Assembly (NCBI GenBank): GCA_012295275.1
Contig: CM022672.1
Span: 6,882,001 to 6,946,000, forward strand
Origin: Chrysomallon squamiferum
Taxonomy: Eukaryota; Animalia; Mollusca
Length of the DNA stretch: 64,000 nt
Direction: 5' to 3'
Of this stretch, positions 29,005 through 44,358 are shown piece by piece. The notes beneath the pieces are model-generated. The model saw only the letters and a program-made list of their open reading frames with translations, was not told the DNA's origin and ran no database searches. A program made the position numbers and the translations under genes. How positions within the stretch are numbered: position 1 is the first letter of the stretch; each line of letters starts with the position of its first letter.

Positions 29005-29215
29005 TTTAGGATTTAGAATTTTCTCTGTCTTATGTACATCTAATTAGACTATGCACACACACACTATTCGGGAATGCACTGGCGCAGGAGGACGAAGTCC
29101 AATCAGGACGTCACAAACCCGTCAGATGCCGCTGACGAATCTCGAACGTATGGCACCCATTCGCCTGCACCCCGAATGCGGACGATGTTACCGTTCGGCC
29201 ATCGAGACAACCTTA
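29005..29215 (-). mobile_element. tRNA-derived SINE-like repeat, copy 2
   Basis: Homologous to 14328-14530. Minus-strand A-box TGGCCGAACGG (29201-29191) and B-box GTTCGAGATTC (29147-29137), with a (TACA/TGCA)n tail. Complex sequence continuing to ~29320 may belong to the element. Confidence 0.75.
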
Positions 29216-29382
29216 AGAAAGTTTGCTCAGTAACCGTGGATAGTCATCGCTCCCCCGAAGCACGTCGTTCTTTTTGTCCAAAGTCATTTTTGCGTGCATC
29301 TATTTTTTGGCAAGTATATAATTCAGGATTTTGAATATTCTCTGTCTGTCTCTATGTATTGATTTATTTACGTATATATGTA

Positions 29383-29427
<45 letters not shown>

Positions 29428-29603
29428 CATATATATAGATACACACACATATCACATACATACGCAAATATGTATATATTTATGTATATGTGTGTTTATA
29501 TATATGTGTGTGTATGTGTGTGTGTGTGTGTGTCTATGTATGTTTGTGTATATTTTCTATTTATGTATATATGTATGTATATTTATGTTTCTATGTATGT
29601 ATT

Positions 29604-29660
<57 letters not shown>

Positions 29661-29830
29661 ATATATATATATATGTATATAAGTGTGTATATGTGTGCAT
29701 GCCTCCAGACATTCACCGTGATTGTTTTCATTGTTTTACGTATGTCTCTCTACTTACATATGTGTATTTATACGTGTGCTTGTGCGTATGCGCATGTTTG
29801 ATGTGTATGCGTATTTTGTTCCATGTGAGT
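29383..29830. repeat. Compound (TG)n/(TA)n/(TATG)n low-complexity tract
   Basis: Seen directly. Confidence 0.9.
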
Positions 29831-30608
29831 ATGTGTAAACTGCAATAACATTTGCAGATATTCCGCCGATCATCTGTAAATATTCACAATCGATATCGTT
29901 TAAGTGGCGTATCCTAGAGGAATATATTTACTTTGCTTAACCCTGCCGTGAGAGTACAACTGAGTTAGGTGAATGGTGGCCGAGATGTTTAAATTTACAG
30001 ATAGAAAATGTTTCTTTAGCAAGGCTGATAAAATCGGCCACAATTCAGCAGTAAATGATTTATAGAATCGGCAGTTTACCAAACATCCAGATCAAATATT
30101 TATTCAACCAGTCCTCGAGTGTGTGCCCCTGATCCCATTATGTCAAACAGTGGTCACATATTTCTCAAGATTTCTCAAATCGTAATTTTCCTTCTCTCGT
30201 GGATGATAATGATTACGACGTGGCTCAAGCATTGTATTCGTAACAAGCTGTAGTTTGCCTATCACAAGTTTATGACTTGTGAAAAAATTAATTTTCTTCT
30301 TTATTTCTTTCAGTTACTTTATATATATATATATATATGTATATATATCCATCATTCTCTCCGTTTGTCTAGCCATCCGTCTGTCAGTCTCTTGTCGTTA
30401 TCTTTTTACTAAAATAATTCTAATTTGAATTATACAGTTATAATACTTAGAATTGAACGTTTTCGAATTAAAATTCTATCTCTATTTATTTTTCTGTCTT
30501 ACTATTTGTCTGATAGTCTGAATGTTGTATGTCTCTCTGTATATCTACCTATCTATCTGCATATCTATGTCTCTGTCTGTAAATATGATGTGTATGTAAG
30601 AGAGGGAG

Positions 30609-30727
<119 letters not shown>

Positions 30728-32227
30728 ATTGCCAGTCACATTTTTATTTCACTATAATTATTTCTTTTTCTTTCTTCCTTTCTTTTTTGTTTTAACAATA
30801 ACTAATAAATAAGCAAACAAACAAACCAAAAACTATTTTACATATGCTTGACTGATAAATCAGTAATCTGGGTTTGATGTCAGAAATAGACGCATTAAAT
30901 ATATTAGATTAGCTGAAATACGAACTTTTACATAAATTTTCTCAGATTTCATGGCAGTCACACTCGTTTAAGACTACAGAGCCTACACCAAATGTTGAAA
31001 CTAAAATACGAGAAAGTGTCTGAGTTTTTTTGGAGGGTTTTTGAAATAGAAAAAAAAAAAGAAGAGGCATGTATGTCTGGATGATTTCATTGATTCACTT
31101 TGAACTTCTGTTTTTCAAAGATCAATACGCGAAGAATGCAGTGTTTTTATATTTATTTTATCTGGAAATAATAAAATTAAGCAGTTTGGACCGAAAGATA
31201 AAGACAGTCTGCTATTTCGACATTCCTGAATGAAATCCCATCTCTCCACAAGTTTAATGAAATCAACGATAAAATTGTATTTTTTTTTTTTGATTCCAGT
31301 TTTAACTTTTTCCTTTAGTCTTTTGAGAAATGTTTTTTAAACCCGTTCTTCTTGCAAGATAAACGAGTGAGGGAATTAGTAAGTTGTTTGCAGAAAATTG
31401 CCTCCAATGTCAGGGCTTAGAACTTTGCCCAATGCGGTCATCACACTCCACTTCGTCATTATCGACATGGTCGTGAGTAGCAAGTTAGCTCTCGTTACTC
31501 TAATGGGCACCCTTTATCTGGCAAAATGACTTTTAAGACTGTCAAAGACAACTCAAAGAACATTTTCATTTAGTTTTATCAGGCTGGCCGGCTGAATCCC
31601 ATGTTATGGCTGCAATCATTGATCACCATTGTTGGTGATGAAGCATTTTTGTGTGAGAATTTTACAAATATGAATGAATGCTAACATGGTTACACCGCAG
31701 AACGATTTCGCTTAACTGAGCTAAAAGTCACTCCCCATACGTAATTGTGGGCAGTGGTGTAACGGAGAGGCTTCGAGAACGCATTATTATATTCCGTTCA
31801 CACGTAACCGGTTTTTGCACGACTCTGTTGGTGAAAAGATAATATCATATGGGAATAGAAAGTAGCTGCCTATTGGCAGACCGATAACACTAATTCCGTT
31901 TATCGCTGAATATAAACGTGAGTGTGTGTTTTAGTGTGTATGCTTCTTCTGCGACCAGTCAATAACCAGAATGGGTTTTGTTTATATCGCAGTCAGCTGA
32001 TGTATAAACAAAGGATAAAACACACACAAAAAAAACACAACACACATACACACACACACACACACATACTCATAGATATAATACACATGCAGATTCATTA
32101 TGAATTAATAATAATAAAAACGTTCTGTCTTTTACCATTTTAGGACTGCATGACATTGACGTGATTAGAAGAGCAGCTGAGCTGAATTAAACTGAACTGG
32201 GAATTGTCTGTAACTCGGTGAAAGGAG

Positions 32228-32385
32228 GGGGATCAATACTCCTCAGTGCACCCACTGGTCTGTTTTATTTTCCAGCCAGTGCCCTGTCACTGATATATTA
32301 AAGGCCATGATGTCTGAATTCCTGTCTGTGAGAAGGTGTACATATAAATATTCCCAGTTGCTGGTCGATAAGAGAAGACCGTACA
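32228..32385 (+). mobile_element. Degenerate SINE fragment resembling the Nin/Deu central domain of invertebrate SINEs
   Basis: ttccagccagtgccc...ctg.tat.ttaaaggccatgatgt....tcctgtctgtg.gaaggtgtacatataaa.a.tccc.gttgctg resembles the Nin-domain consensus as I recall it (CCAGCCAGTGCTCCACGACTGG..CAAAGGCCGTGGTATGTGCTATCCTGTCTGTGGGATGGTGCATATAAAAGA.CCCTTGCTG). A related fragment lies at ~58210-58295. Confidence 0.6.
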
Positions 32386-32553
32386 GAACGTGTATCAGAT
32401 TTACTTTCTAGTAGTTATATATCACAACATTGGTGTCATAACTGTGTGTAGAGATATCGTTATATAAACATTCATTAATTTACAATTTGTCCGAAATGAA
32501 ACTAACTTGACTATATAAATATGACGGAAGTGAACTATACTGAATTCAAATAG

Positions 32554-32590
<37 letters not shown>

Positions 32591-34654
32591 CTAAAACACC
32601 CTAGTGAATTTGGTTGAACAGTCCTGAATTTAATAAAAATAAAAAACATTCTGAATTTGACTGAACATTCTAAAACTGGATGCGGCAGATCACCGCGTTA
32701 CGTTTGCACAGTGAGTAAATACGTTAAGGCAAGTAAATTACATAACGGGATTCCCAATGAAATGGTCTTTCTGTTCAGATCGCTGATGTCTGAAATGTTT
32801 AGTGTGGTTAATTATGTGCTTTCATGTACGGCAGTTGCGTACAAATTCCTCATTAGTAGATTTGCCTTATATGATTATATCAGTGAAGGAAAATAGACAT
32901 AATATATGTGTATTTTATTTGTAGAAACGTTTATATCGTTGAATCAGATATATTCAGATAAAATTTATATTATATAGAAAAAGAAAAAAGAAAAAAGAAA
33001 GACAAAATATTCAAACTTTCACAAAAATATTCCCAAAGAAACCGATTTCTCAGTCTCCTACAAACAGTATTTTGTAATGGTGAATGCTTCTACGTCATCG
33101 TAGATGTTACTAAATATAATTATTTCATCAGAACGCTGTGACCTTTCAGCTTGCGATTTATAATTAGAGTACAAAAATGATTTTTTTTTAAATTTATATA
33201 TATATATATATATATCTACACGCACAGTCACACGCATACACGTACATTCGTACATAAATATAATGCTTACAAACATATTTACACAGATACATACATACAT
33301 TTATTCGTTAAATGAATATTGCATAAGAAGCTCAAATTAGTTACATTACAGATTACAGGTTCTTCATATTCTTACAAATGGAAATTATATTTAAAATATT
33401 ATAGAGATGTATTCATGCAAGTATAATCATAAAAAAAAAATGTCTAACAAATTACTTTATGTATATGTTTGTCAATCTGTCTGTGTCACTGCGTGCTATT
33501 TCTTCAATATAACGATCTATCTGCACGTCTATTTGCCAAATTAATTTTATGTCTTTATATTTCTTACTATCGAGTGATCAGTCGACCTACTTCAGTTACA
33601 AATGTCTGCCGTTATCACAGCAGCTTAATTATTCAGTTAGTAAGCTTGAGTCAATCAAGGCATGTATGAAGTAGCATTAAGAAATGTTCCTGGTAATCAG
33701 ACAGTTAATATAACCTTAACAGCAAGATGCGGAAATGAAAGCTTGGACTCTTCAAGATCAATTAAGGAGAATCACTTCATATGTAGAGCAGGACAAGCTG
33801 TATATTCGGCCAAGTAGAAATATTCTTCTTAATTTGTCAATTTCCTCCTGGGAAAAATTTGTATTTTCTTTACGTGACAGCAGAATTAAATCTCTTTAAA
33901 GGAACTTTGTGCATCGATTGAGAACAAGCGTCCAACAGTTGCCACTGGACGGTGCGCGCTCAGAATGGGTTGATTTAATAAAGGACAAGCAAAAATCTTG
34001 ATAAGCAAACAGCTTCTAAAACTTTGGGCAATTTACTCGAATATGCACATCAGCTTGTTGGACGAAAAATCAACTCTTTTCAAGTTTGTTCAGTGGAATG
34101 TGGCCATGCATATTAGTAGCACTACTCCTTTAGGAGATTCTACAGCAACATCAAACAAAGTTTTACATTTCGTCCTATCGATTGCCGAGTTATCTCATTC
34201 ACATTCAGCCATGTGATAACATTATAATGCAGTACAAAATATTCTGCCCGGAGTCATGTTTTGTAATTAACTGGTATCACTTACAAACTTCTTTTTGTTT
34301 TGTTCCGTTGCTAATGCTGTTGTAGCTGTATATAAACAAATAGTTGAGGGAACTGCGATTTAATAGAATGAATTTCTCTGTTACACTAATTTCTGTTTTT
34401 AAGTGAAATAATAAATAAATAAATAAATCAGTCAATCAATCAATAAATAAATTTAAAAAGAAGAAGAAAAAATGTATCAAAAAAAAATAAAATAAAATAA
34501 AATAAAATAAAATAAATGTAATAAAATAATAAGAAAAAGGAAGAAAAAGGTCAAAATGAAACCAAAATTAACGTGATGTGTTATTTTCATTTATTCACTT
34601 ATTATCTCCTGAAAGTGGAGATTAATTCATTTAGCATTTTCAGTCAGTTAGTTA

Positions 34655-35232
34655 TGGTCTGTGTATCACTGTTAAGTATGTGAATCACTGTTAAGTCTAT
34701 GTATCATTGTTACGTCTGTATATCACTGTTAAGTCTGATATCAGAGGTTAGTCTATGTATCACTGTTAAGTCAATGTATCAGTTATCACTGTTATGTCTA
34801 TGTCTGTCTGTATTACTATTAAGTCTGTGTATCACTGTTATGTCTGTGTATCACTGTTAAGTCTGATATCAGAGGTTAGTCTATGTATCACTGTTAAGTC
34901 AATGTATTACAGTTAAATCTATGTATCACTGTTATGTCTATGTATTTCAGTTAAGTCTGTGTATTACTGTTAAGTCTGTGTATCACTGTTATGTCTTTGT
35001 ATCACAGTTAAGTCTGTGTATCACAGTTAAGTTTGATATCACAGTTAAGTATATGTGTTAAGTCTGTGTATCACTGTTATGTCTATGTATCACTGTTTAG
35101 TTTGATATCACAGTTAAGTCTTTGTTTTTATGTCTGTGTATCACAGTTAAGTCTTTGTGTTAAGTCTATGTATCACTGTTATGTCTGTGTATCACAGTTA
35201 AGTCTTTGTGTTAAGTCTATGTATCACTGTTA
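34655..35232. repeat. Minisatellite, ~19-bp unit (TGTATCACTGTTAAGTCTR), ~28 copies with higher-order duplicated blocks
   Basis: Seen directly. A ~59-bp variant block containing TCAGAGGTTAG recurs at 34721 and 34849. Confidence 0.92.
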
Positions 35233-35367
35233 ACAACTGAAATAATGTTGGCTAAATATTGTGTTTGTAATAATTTATGGAATTAATAAAAATTCTAATT
35301 ATTGCCACATTTAATTATCAGTCTCTTTTGTATATCAATATTTATTTAATCAATAATTAATTAATTA

Positions 35368-35431
<64 letters not shown>

Positions 35432-36915
35432 GCGATTAATATATAAACGTTTTTATATGACCTACAAGACGATGGACTGAATCGACAGTGAAATCGGGTA
35501 ATCATTTGCAAGAAAAATAAGAATACTCTCGGGGAAATTTGTGCGGAACCGGAACCACCATTTCCGAGAAATCCGCATGCCTGCTAGTTGCTTCCCGTAA
35601 GAAAAGCAACACTGATCGATGACAACGACTCATTAAATATTCATAGCCGAAAAATACACGTGTAACTGAATGTCATACTGGGATACAATCAATTGTCACC
35701 GAATCTTTCCGCCAGACGTTTGCTACTTCAGAAATGACAAAAGTTAATTATTAAGATTGCCTGCGAGATAATTATGTTATCAGTTGTTAGATAAAGATTA
35801 AACGTCAGTCCCACGTGGAATTAACGTGTAACGTTTTCCTTCACTGTATAGCCACAAGAGTTATTAAAGGCAAACTCCCAACGAGTAGGAAGACGTGTTT
35901 TCAGGTTGTACGTATGTGATAAGTTATACGCTGCTACATAAGCCTGTCCTGTACTTTCTCTAGCATAAACACATCAGCTATCTTTCTCTATTCGGGGAAA
36001 GCACGTTTTCATAATTTATGTTTATTGGTCATGTCGAATATCAGTTATTACGACAGGTAAAATATGAAAGTGTGTGTTAATGAAATAAACAAGCAAATAA
36101 AACAAGAAAACAAACATCAACTATTTATGCCATTAATACAGAGTGCATTTTAAACAAACGTACGTGGATTAAGTATCTCATATCCTGCGCAGGCAAATGA
36201 TTCGCATGTTAGGAATACGTTAGTTTTTCTAATCACAGAGTTACACACAATGCTTTCATGAAGTCACTACTACCAGATGCAAATTATTATTTTTTTTTTT
36301 TTTTTTTTTACCAATATTTTCATATTAATCTGCATTAAAAGAATGTTCATTAATTCTTATTGGTTATTAAAAGCTATATTATGCTTTATATATGTATGTA
36401 TATGTGTGTATGTATGTATGCATGTATGTCTTTATTAGTCACTGAAAATGTTAGATATTGCAATCGTTGACGAATTTTGAGCGTTCTGACCAACGCTGTA
36501 ATTATGTTTTCTCATGATGTCATCGTGTGCTATGGTAGAAAAGAGAGGATTTCTAAGTGACATAGGAAAATTGCTGTCTGTAAGAATGTAATTGAGATCA
36601 GGAAAAACTCATCATGCAGCTATTACTCCTAATGTCCATTCTCTTTCATGAATGAAACACGCGACGAATAGAAATTTCTTCAGCGGTGTGATCAGCTGGA
36701 AGGTTAAACGAATAATCTAGGCTTTTTTTTTGTTTTATCTCTCTCATCCACATCGGGATAAGCGTATACATTATGCTGACAGAACTGAAGTCAGGTAGCC
36801 CAGACCACGTCTTAGAGCTGGGCATGCTGCATACGTCGTCGTCACCCGACACAAAAATTAATGACATCAGACTAAATTAAAAAATAAATAAATAAAAAAG
36901 CAAAATAAAAATAAA

Positions 36916-36974
<59 letters not shown>

Positions 36975-39671
36975 GAAACAATCAAATGATTAGAAAAATA
37001 ATAAAATAAATTCATTAATATAACAATAATAATATGAACAATTTCCTTTCATAAAAGTCTAAAATCAGCGCGTGCAAATAGTCTGTTCACAGGAAAATTC
37101 AAGTAAATCTACTGATAAATACCGAACCACTAAAATTACGAGTTACGTTTTGTTTAATTTGATTGGCGCCAAACAAATAACTTAAAACGTGTTATTTGTT
37201 GTATCTATGTGATAAGAAAACGAAAATAGGGCATTAATTTGGCGCCATTGTTTTAATGTTTTTTTTTTTTTTTTTTTAACGACATATGTGCTCATTTTAA
37301 ATAAATTGTTATTAAATCTGAATTAATAACGAAGAAATTAAACGTGACACCTCTGTTATGCTTGTCTCTAGTACTTCCTTCAGAAATATCAGATTTCATT
37401 ATTGGAATATTTTCTTTTTCTGTGATATCTGTTATACATTGTGAATTTATACAGGTGTTTATGCGCATATAGAGATTACACATACACACACACATACATA
37501 CACACATACACATGTCCTTTCTCTTGCAAGCACAGACATACACACATACAGACACACGCAGTATAATACATAAAAACGCGGGTTCGTTTTACGTGATTAA
37601 TATTTTCTTACATGTCACAAAGGATTACGCCGGATGGATACCGCACCCTAAAGCACTCGTCGTTACTCACTGAAAATAACATTGCTGCATTCTTTACAGA
37701 GGGTTTGCCGTACATTGTATCGACAGCGATGAAATGTTTCTGTAACTGAATTCTATAAGAATTAAGCCACGGGATAAACGATGAAATTAACTGAAAGGAC
37801 GTGGACTGCGAAATGTCATTTATATAAGAAGATTGTCGCCTCAGTCTATAGAATAAGTATATAGATGTTCAGCTCCCCACAGACTGCGTGTCGATCAGGA
37901 GTCACTCCTCCTGACAGCCGTAGTTTTAACTAATTTACTCAGATCCATTCAGTTAGCCAAGCAAGTCTAATTTCTGTTGACCCTTCCTGATCGCCTCAGC
38001 GTCCCGTTTTTCCCAAGATGATTTAATACTTAGCATTCAAAGAAAAAACGCGTCTCGTGAGAAAATTAACAAATTAGAAGAAAAAACACACAAAATGGCA
38101 TGTTTTTAAATTTAAGATATCAGTAGCTAGTTTTGAAAATTGTTATTACATCCGTCTGTCTGTCAGTCTGTCCGACTCTCTCGCTTTATCTTCGCACGAA
38201 TGAAAACAAATATTTCTTTTTTTATACACATGCATACACGCAATCATAAACATGTCTGTCTAGATACATACGTTTCTATATATAAAATGATACTTTTTGG
38301 GAAATAATGACTTTTTGTGCGTGTTAAAAAAGAAAGAAAACAAATTCGCCTCCTAAAAACACATGTTATATATAGGTTTGAGAATTAATTTGAAATACTT
38401 GAGCATTTTTCAGAAATAAAATCCAAATCGTAGAGCCCATAACTCCAAAACAGCGCAGCAAACCAAGCTTTGCAATTTTGAACTTGTCTAGACTTCGTCT
38501 TTTCTGCTGCGTCAAATTATAAAGTAAGCGCCACGGGTCTTTGAAACGAACGAAGGATTTTCAGGGGCCAATAAGTGAATGAATTCCGTGTTAATCAGAC
38601 GTACTTCTGTATGAATGGAACCAGTCGCGCGATCGCACGAGATAATCCTTCTTTGATGTGAGGATATTTCGCTGGTCCATTCATCCGTCCAAATGATGAG
38701 TTCTGAGAATTCGGTGTTTCAGAGAAGATAACTTTCTAGTTTCATCTCTTGGTCATTTATGGAACTCAATAAAAATTATATTATATCTTGGTTAGCTCTT
38801 TCGATTGCAGTAGGTATTTGTGTGTATGAGAAGAATGGGCAGTTTTAACAGCATTGATTGTTTTTCACTATCCCAGTTCAGCGGTTGAATACTGACAATG
38901 ATAGTAACATACAAAATTCGTATAATTTAATTCACAATCTCTTAATAATCAAACATGAAAATGAAGTAAAAATGTTAACTTACTTTTTTTATATTTATTT
39001 ATTTATTTATTTATGCACTTATAAGTAAGTATCTGTGTATGAATGAATAAATTAGAATGTACATTCATTAAGATTTTGTTTCATGTATATTTGGCGTAAA
39101 AACCACCACATTGGATCTTTTATTCTCCCATTTTTTTCATTTTCCCATTTTCCATAATGTGTACATAACTGACAGTTTTAGCTGGAGATAATTCGTCATG
39201 CAGTTACATTATAAAGCTACTGAAAAACTTGCATTAATATATATTACAAGCCCTTTGGCGTATTAGTTCATGTGCTGTTCTGGCAGTACCACTAATAGCT
39301 GCTTCCTTTATCGTCAAAAAGAATATCTCATTTGTTAGACTATCAAAATAACACTTGAAATTTGACGAATGTCAAATATTTGCTTTCAGATTCGCCTCGT
39401 TCAATACAAAAAAATTTCAATTTGTTAAGAAAAGTGATGAATCAGCGTACTTTTACGTAACTGGTTAAAGTATTCTGTTGTTGTTAGAGTTTTGTTTATT
39501 TTCATCAGTTTATCTGAAAAATCCATAACAAAGAAAGTGTCCATTAGAAGAAGCTAGTCCATCTTCAGAATACCATACTTGGTACAGATCTCATTTTGGA
39601 AATGAAATCAGAAAGCATATAGACCCGAAATATTAAATGACTAGCTATTATGTTACATTTTTTTTATATGT

Positions 39672-39900
39672 CGTATATGTATATGTATATGTATGTATGT
39701 ATGTATGTATGTACGTATGTATGTATGAATGTATGCATGTATGTATGTTTGTATGTATGTATGTATGTATGCATGCATGTATGTGTTTTTGTATGTATGT
39801 ATGCATGCATGTATGTATGTGTGTATATGTATGTATGCATGCATGCATGTATGTATGTATGTATGTATGTATGTATGTATGTTTGTTTATATGTATGTAT
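39672..39900. repeat. (TATG)n/(CATG)n microsatellite
   Basis: Seen directly. A similar tract lies at 40579-40715. Confidence 0.95.
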
Positions 39901-40575
39901 AGCATACAGTTAGAACATGTAGCCTACGAATATCCGCTATTTTATCACTGTGTCACAACTTAAATACAAAAAGTTCGACAAGAACATATTTGAAAGAGGA
40001 TGGACAATCTGATCCTAATAATCATGTTCCAGTTCAGTGATGTGGAAAGCTGTAAGAGAACGGTTTGTATCGATGTAGCTCCCCGCGTCTGTAATGGGTT
40101 CAGTAAGTCTAATGGTATTTCTCAAATGAGTTCAACTCCAAGCAAACAACATTAGGACCTCAACAAATAAGCGATCAATCGCCCACTACGAAACTAACAA
40201 GTCTTTGTCAAATTTAGGCAGGTTCGTACACCGCAGTGACGATCTCGCTTATTTTCACGTTATTGACATCCAGAATGTTACAAGTTTCTCTTACACAACT
40301 GATGTGGGTTATTTAGAGTTCACCACAGTCAACAAACTCGTGAAGAACTCTTCAGTTCAGTTATTCCCGTTTAACTCAGCAATGAATTACAATGAAGGAG
40401 CCGTCACGTTTTATACCCAACATTAATGTAAAAGAATTCTTTCTGCTAATCGTTACAGCTGCTATTGGAAAAATAACAGAAATTCTCGACCTCTTACGAT
40501 TGCAAGATTCTAAATCGCTTTTACTTCGGTTGAACGGACCTAATCACAGAGAAATGTGCATAAATTATATTAATT

Positions 40576-40609
<34 letters not shown>

Positions 40610-43600
40610 TGTATGTATGTATGTATGTATGTATGTATGTATGTATGTATGTATGTATGTATGTATGTGTATGTGTGTGTGTATATGTGTGTACGTGTGT
40701 GTGTATGTATGTACATAAGTGTATATATATCTATATATCTACAAAGCTAGATAAATTGATTGACTTATAAATAGATAGATATGTAAGTATATGTTTGCAA
40801 ACGTGTCTGCATGTTGTAGAGAGAGAGAGAGAAATAGAAAGACGTGAGAGCGTCTTTATGTCGTCTTTTTGAAGAGGTGTTACTGTAGAAATCTATGACT
40901 AAATGAACCAATCCATATCGAATAAATGATTGTGCCAATGCCTCTGTCCGCTGCTGAAGTTCGTTATAGACACACCACGTTGTTTACCAGTGCAACATAC
41001 AGACAACTCACAGAGCGACCACTTAACACGGCGCTTGCGCTAAAATAATTGGATTAATTTGTTGAAACTCTTTCGGCATTATGGCAGTGATACATGCCTG
41101 GTTACAGTACGTTACATGTGCATACATCAGATAGTCAGCCTATCAGTATTTTGAATTGATTTCGAATCTGATTGTCAAGCCAATTAATACTTATGAGATA
41201 TAATAATATTAATACAGACAATATTCATTCATTCATTCATTCATTCATTTATTATAAAATAACGTTTGTTAACTGTTTGGTAACTTTCCTTATTTATGTT
41301 TTAACTTTATAATAAAATGATGCAGAATGCTGTTATATTTAATAATGAAATAAGCGTTGTTACGAAATTTGATAATTTAAAAAATATATATATAATATAT
41401 CTTCGATAGAACTTATTATAACGTGTCTTGATAATTCATAGTGATTTTTGCTTATTACAATAAGTTGGGCTGAGATTTATTCAACATTTTAATATGTCAT
41501 TTAAATAAAAAAAATATATACAATATAACCGAGTAAATTCGGTGTTAAATGAAAGAAACTGTTTCAACGTAATCACAAAGGGTATATTATTAATACATTA
41601 GGTTGGACTAATAATAGAATTTCAGCTAATGTCTTAATACGGTTGACGGAGAAAATACTAACTGTGACGTGTTAATCGTTTTACTGTTTTGTACTTAAAA
41701 AAAAATATTAATGTGAGCTCAGTCTCTACAGTACTGCTGAGGCAAGCTGTCCAAAGTAGAAGTCAACCGGGGACAGCTGTAACGAACAACTAAACACATC
41801 ACACAGCTGTCTGACCTAATGTTAGAGTTTTGGCCGAGGAGGACGCAGTAAAAAACATGGACAATAAACTGAATTCGTGACAAACTGTGTTTATTCTGTC
41901 TTTGATAATACGCTGTGAGCACTGATCCATCTACATTACATGCTTAATACGACTGCTTTATCAGTGTTTGTGTCTGATGCCGAGCAATATGGCTAAAAAC
42001 ATTTTTGTGAAATCAAACCTTAAAGAAAAGGTATAAATATAAATTTGTAGCGATGATCGCTCAAAAGTTTACTTAGAGGGATTTTATAAACGTATCATTC
42101 TATCGTCTCTGTGGAGTTTTATAAAAACAAAAAGACTCCGTTTTCATGTTTCAGTATGCCAGATGTTAAAAATATAGTCATCTGTGTATTTACTTATTTA
42201 ATTTATTGGACATTTGAAGGCCGTTTTAACTTTTAGAGAGAAGCTTGTTTCAAATATAGAGTTATGCATTTCAAATAATATGTCTGTGTCCTTGTATTTT
42301 AACATTTTAATACTAAACACCATCTGTATTCGTAGTAATAACAACTGAATATAGATTGTGTCTATGTTATAAGCAGTAAAAGCTGAATAATCATATATAT
42401 CATATGCCATTCTCAGAAACCACAAATAATAAAACAATTAATTCAGGATTTTTTTGTATCAGATGTTTAATTCCAATCCATAATAAAACAAATTCAAGTA
42501 ATAAAAAGTTTAATTTAGTTATATTGTTCAGCAGGGCACCAAAATTGTCTAATTAGCAAAATTCAATCAGAAATTGTCTTCTAGTTTTATTGCATACAAT
42601 AATCATTATGTAACATTAACATCAAACTGTTTTGATCTCAGTTTATTTTATATATAAGGAAAAAAATTATCATTTCAAAAACTCAGGGAACGATACACAT
42701 CTAATCATTTTAAAACTCAAATCAACGATAAAACAGTTTATTTAATTAGTATAAATTAAACTGAAGTCTTTCTTTTTCATACATCTTGGCTTCTTTCTGT
42801 TTCTGCATTTTAATGAAGAATAGTAGGTGTGAATTTTGATTATCATTAAGTAATTACAGCTGTAAGTATGAACTTCAAGAAGCAGGATGAATATTTTAAG
42901 GACACAAAAAATATGCACTGATATACATGTATACGTTGATCTACTCTTCAGCACTGTTGTAATACGAAAATGTGTTCATCTGTTACCTGATTTAAATAAA
43001 AGAAGCTATGCCGGTGATAAATATCCAGTTTCAAGAGATTTTCAGAAGATATTAAAGAAACTTTTTCAATCAGTTCATTTTCGTGAATGGGAAGATATAA
43101 TTCACCTCAACGATAATTTTTTAATTTTTTATTTTATTTAAAAATAATAATAATAATAAACAAAATTAAATGCTACATTTCACTTCGTGCTCCTTAACGG
43201 GTTTCTATTATAGTAGCAGATTGCTGACAGAAAGCAATAAAATTGTGGAGATTATGTGCATGGCTGCCTTTTTACGCTTTTCTCTTGATTCCCTAGATTT
43301 TTATTTACACACAGTGTTTGGAAGAAGTAGTTTGCAAAGTCTCTCGTTAATGACGAGGCCTGAGAATGAATCAGTGCCAGTATTTTTTATACTTCAAAGA
43401 GCAAATACAAAATGCCTGGAAATTTGTTACTGATGATCACTACAACGCTGGTATCAACTCTGAATACTATGACGTTGTTTGCGCTGGTGATAACACAATT
43501 ATGATTATATTTGTTCCATAAAAGAAGCTGCATTTAAATTTATTATCCTTTATAGTCTATCACTATGTTTATCTTAAAATGTATTTATTTAGTTAGTTAA

Positions 43601-44126
43601 TAAAAATAATAATGACGATGACAGGAGAGGGGAAGAAAGTCTATATTTGTAATATAATATAACTGATTTAATAAATGTCGATATTCATATAACCTTTCTT
43701 TATAATGAAACACATGTTAATAATAGCGTTACTGTTTTACTGAAAGCTCCATCTGTATTAAAAGCATTCAATTTGTACGACAACAGTATAATTATTTATT
43801 TATTTTTCACTAATAACCTTCAGAAATGGGTAAAATATAGAAGAAAAGAAATAAGAAAAAGAGAATTAAAAAAAAAAGAAAAAAAAAAAGGTGCTTACAC
43901 ATGTGGCTTTTTAAATTATTATTTAATCTCCTTCTTTAGTTTTACCGAAATCTGTGATCATTAGATGATAGCTGAGTCACAAAAATGTCCAGATCTAGTG
44001 TCCGAATTGATGATAAAATAGATCAGATGTGGTCCAAGTTATTATCAGTTAAAATAACCAAGCCGTGAAATAGCTGTCTGCAGTTTCAGTTATCTGCTGA
44101 CTGTTATAATTAAATTTTAAACTCAT

Positions 44127-44358
44127 AGACGGTTACTATTTTATAATACGTAATACGTACACGTAGACTGTTATTATTTTGTAATACGTAATACGTACAC
44201 GTAGACTGTTATTATTTTGTAATACGTCATATGTACACGTAGACTGTTATCATTTTGAAATATGTAAAACGTACAGACTACTAATATTTAAAAATACGTA
44301 ATACGTGCTCATTGTTTTCATTTAATAATACGGAATCCGTACACACAGACTGTTGTAA
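44127..44358. repeat. Minisatellite, ~38-bp unit (AGACTGTTATTATTTTGTAATACGTAATACGTACACGT), ~6 copies
   Basis: Seen directly; the first three copies are best conserved. Confidence 0.88.
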
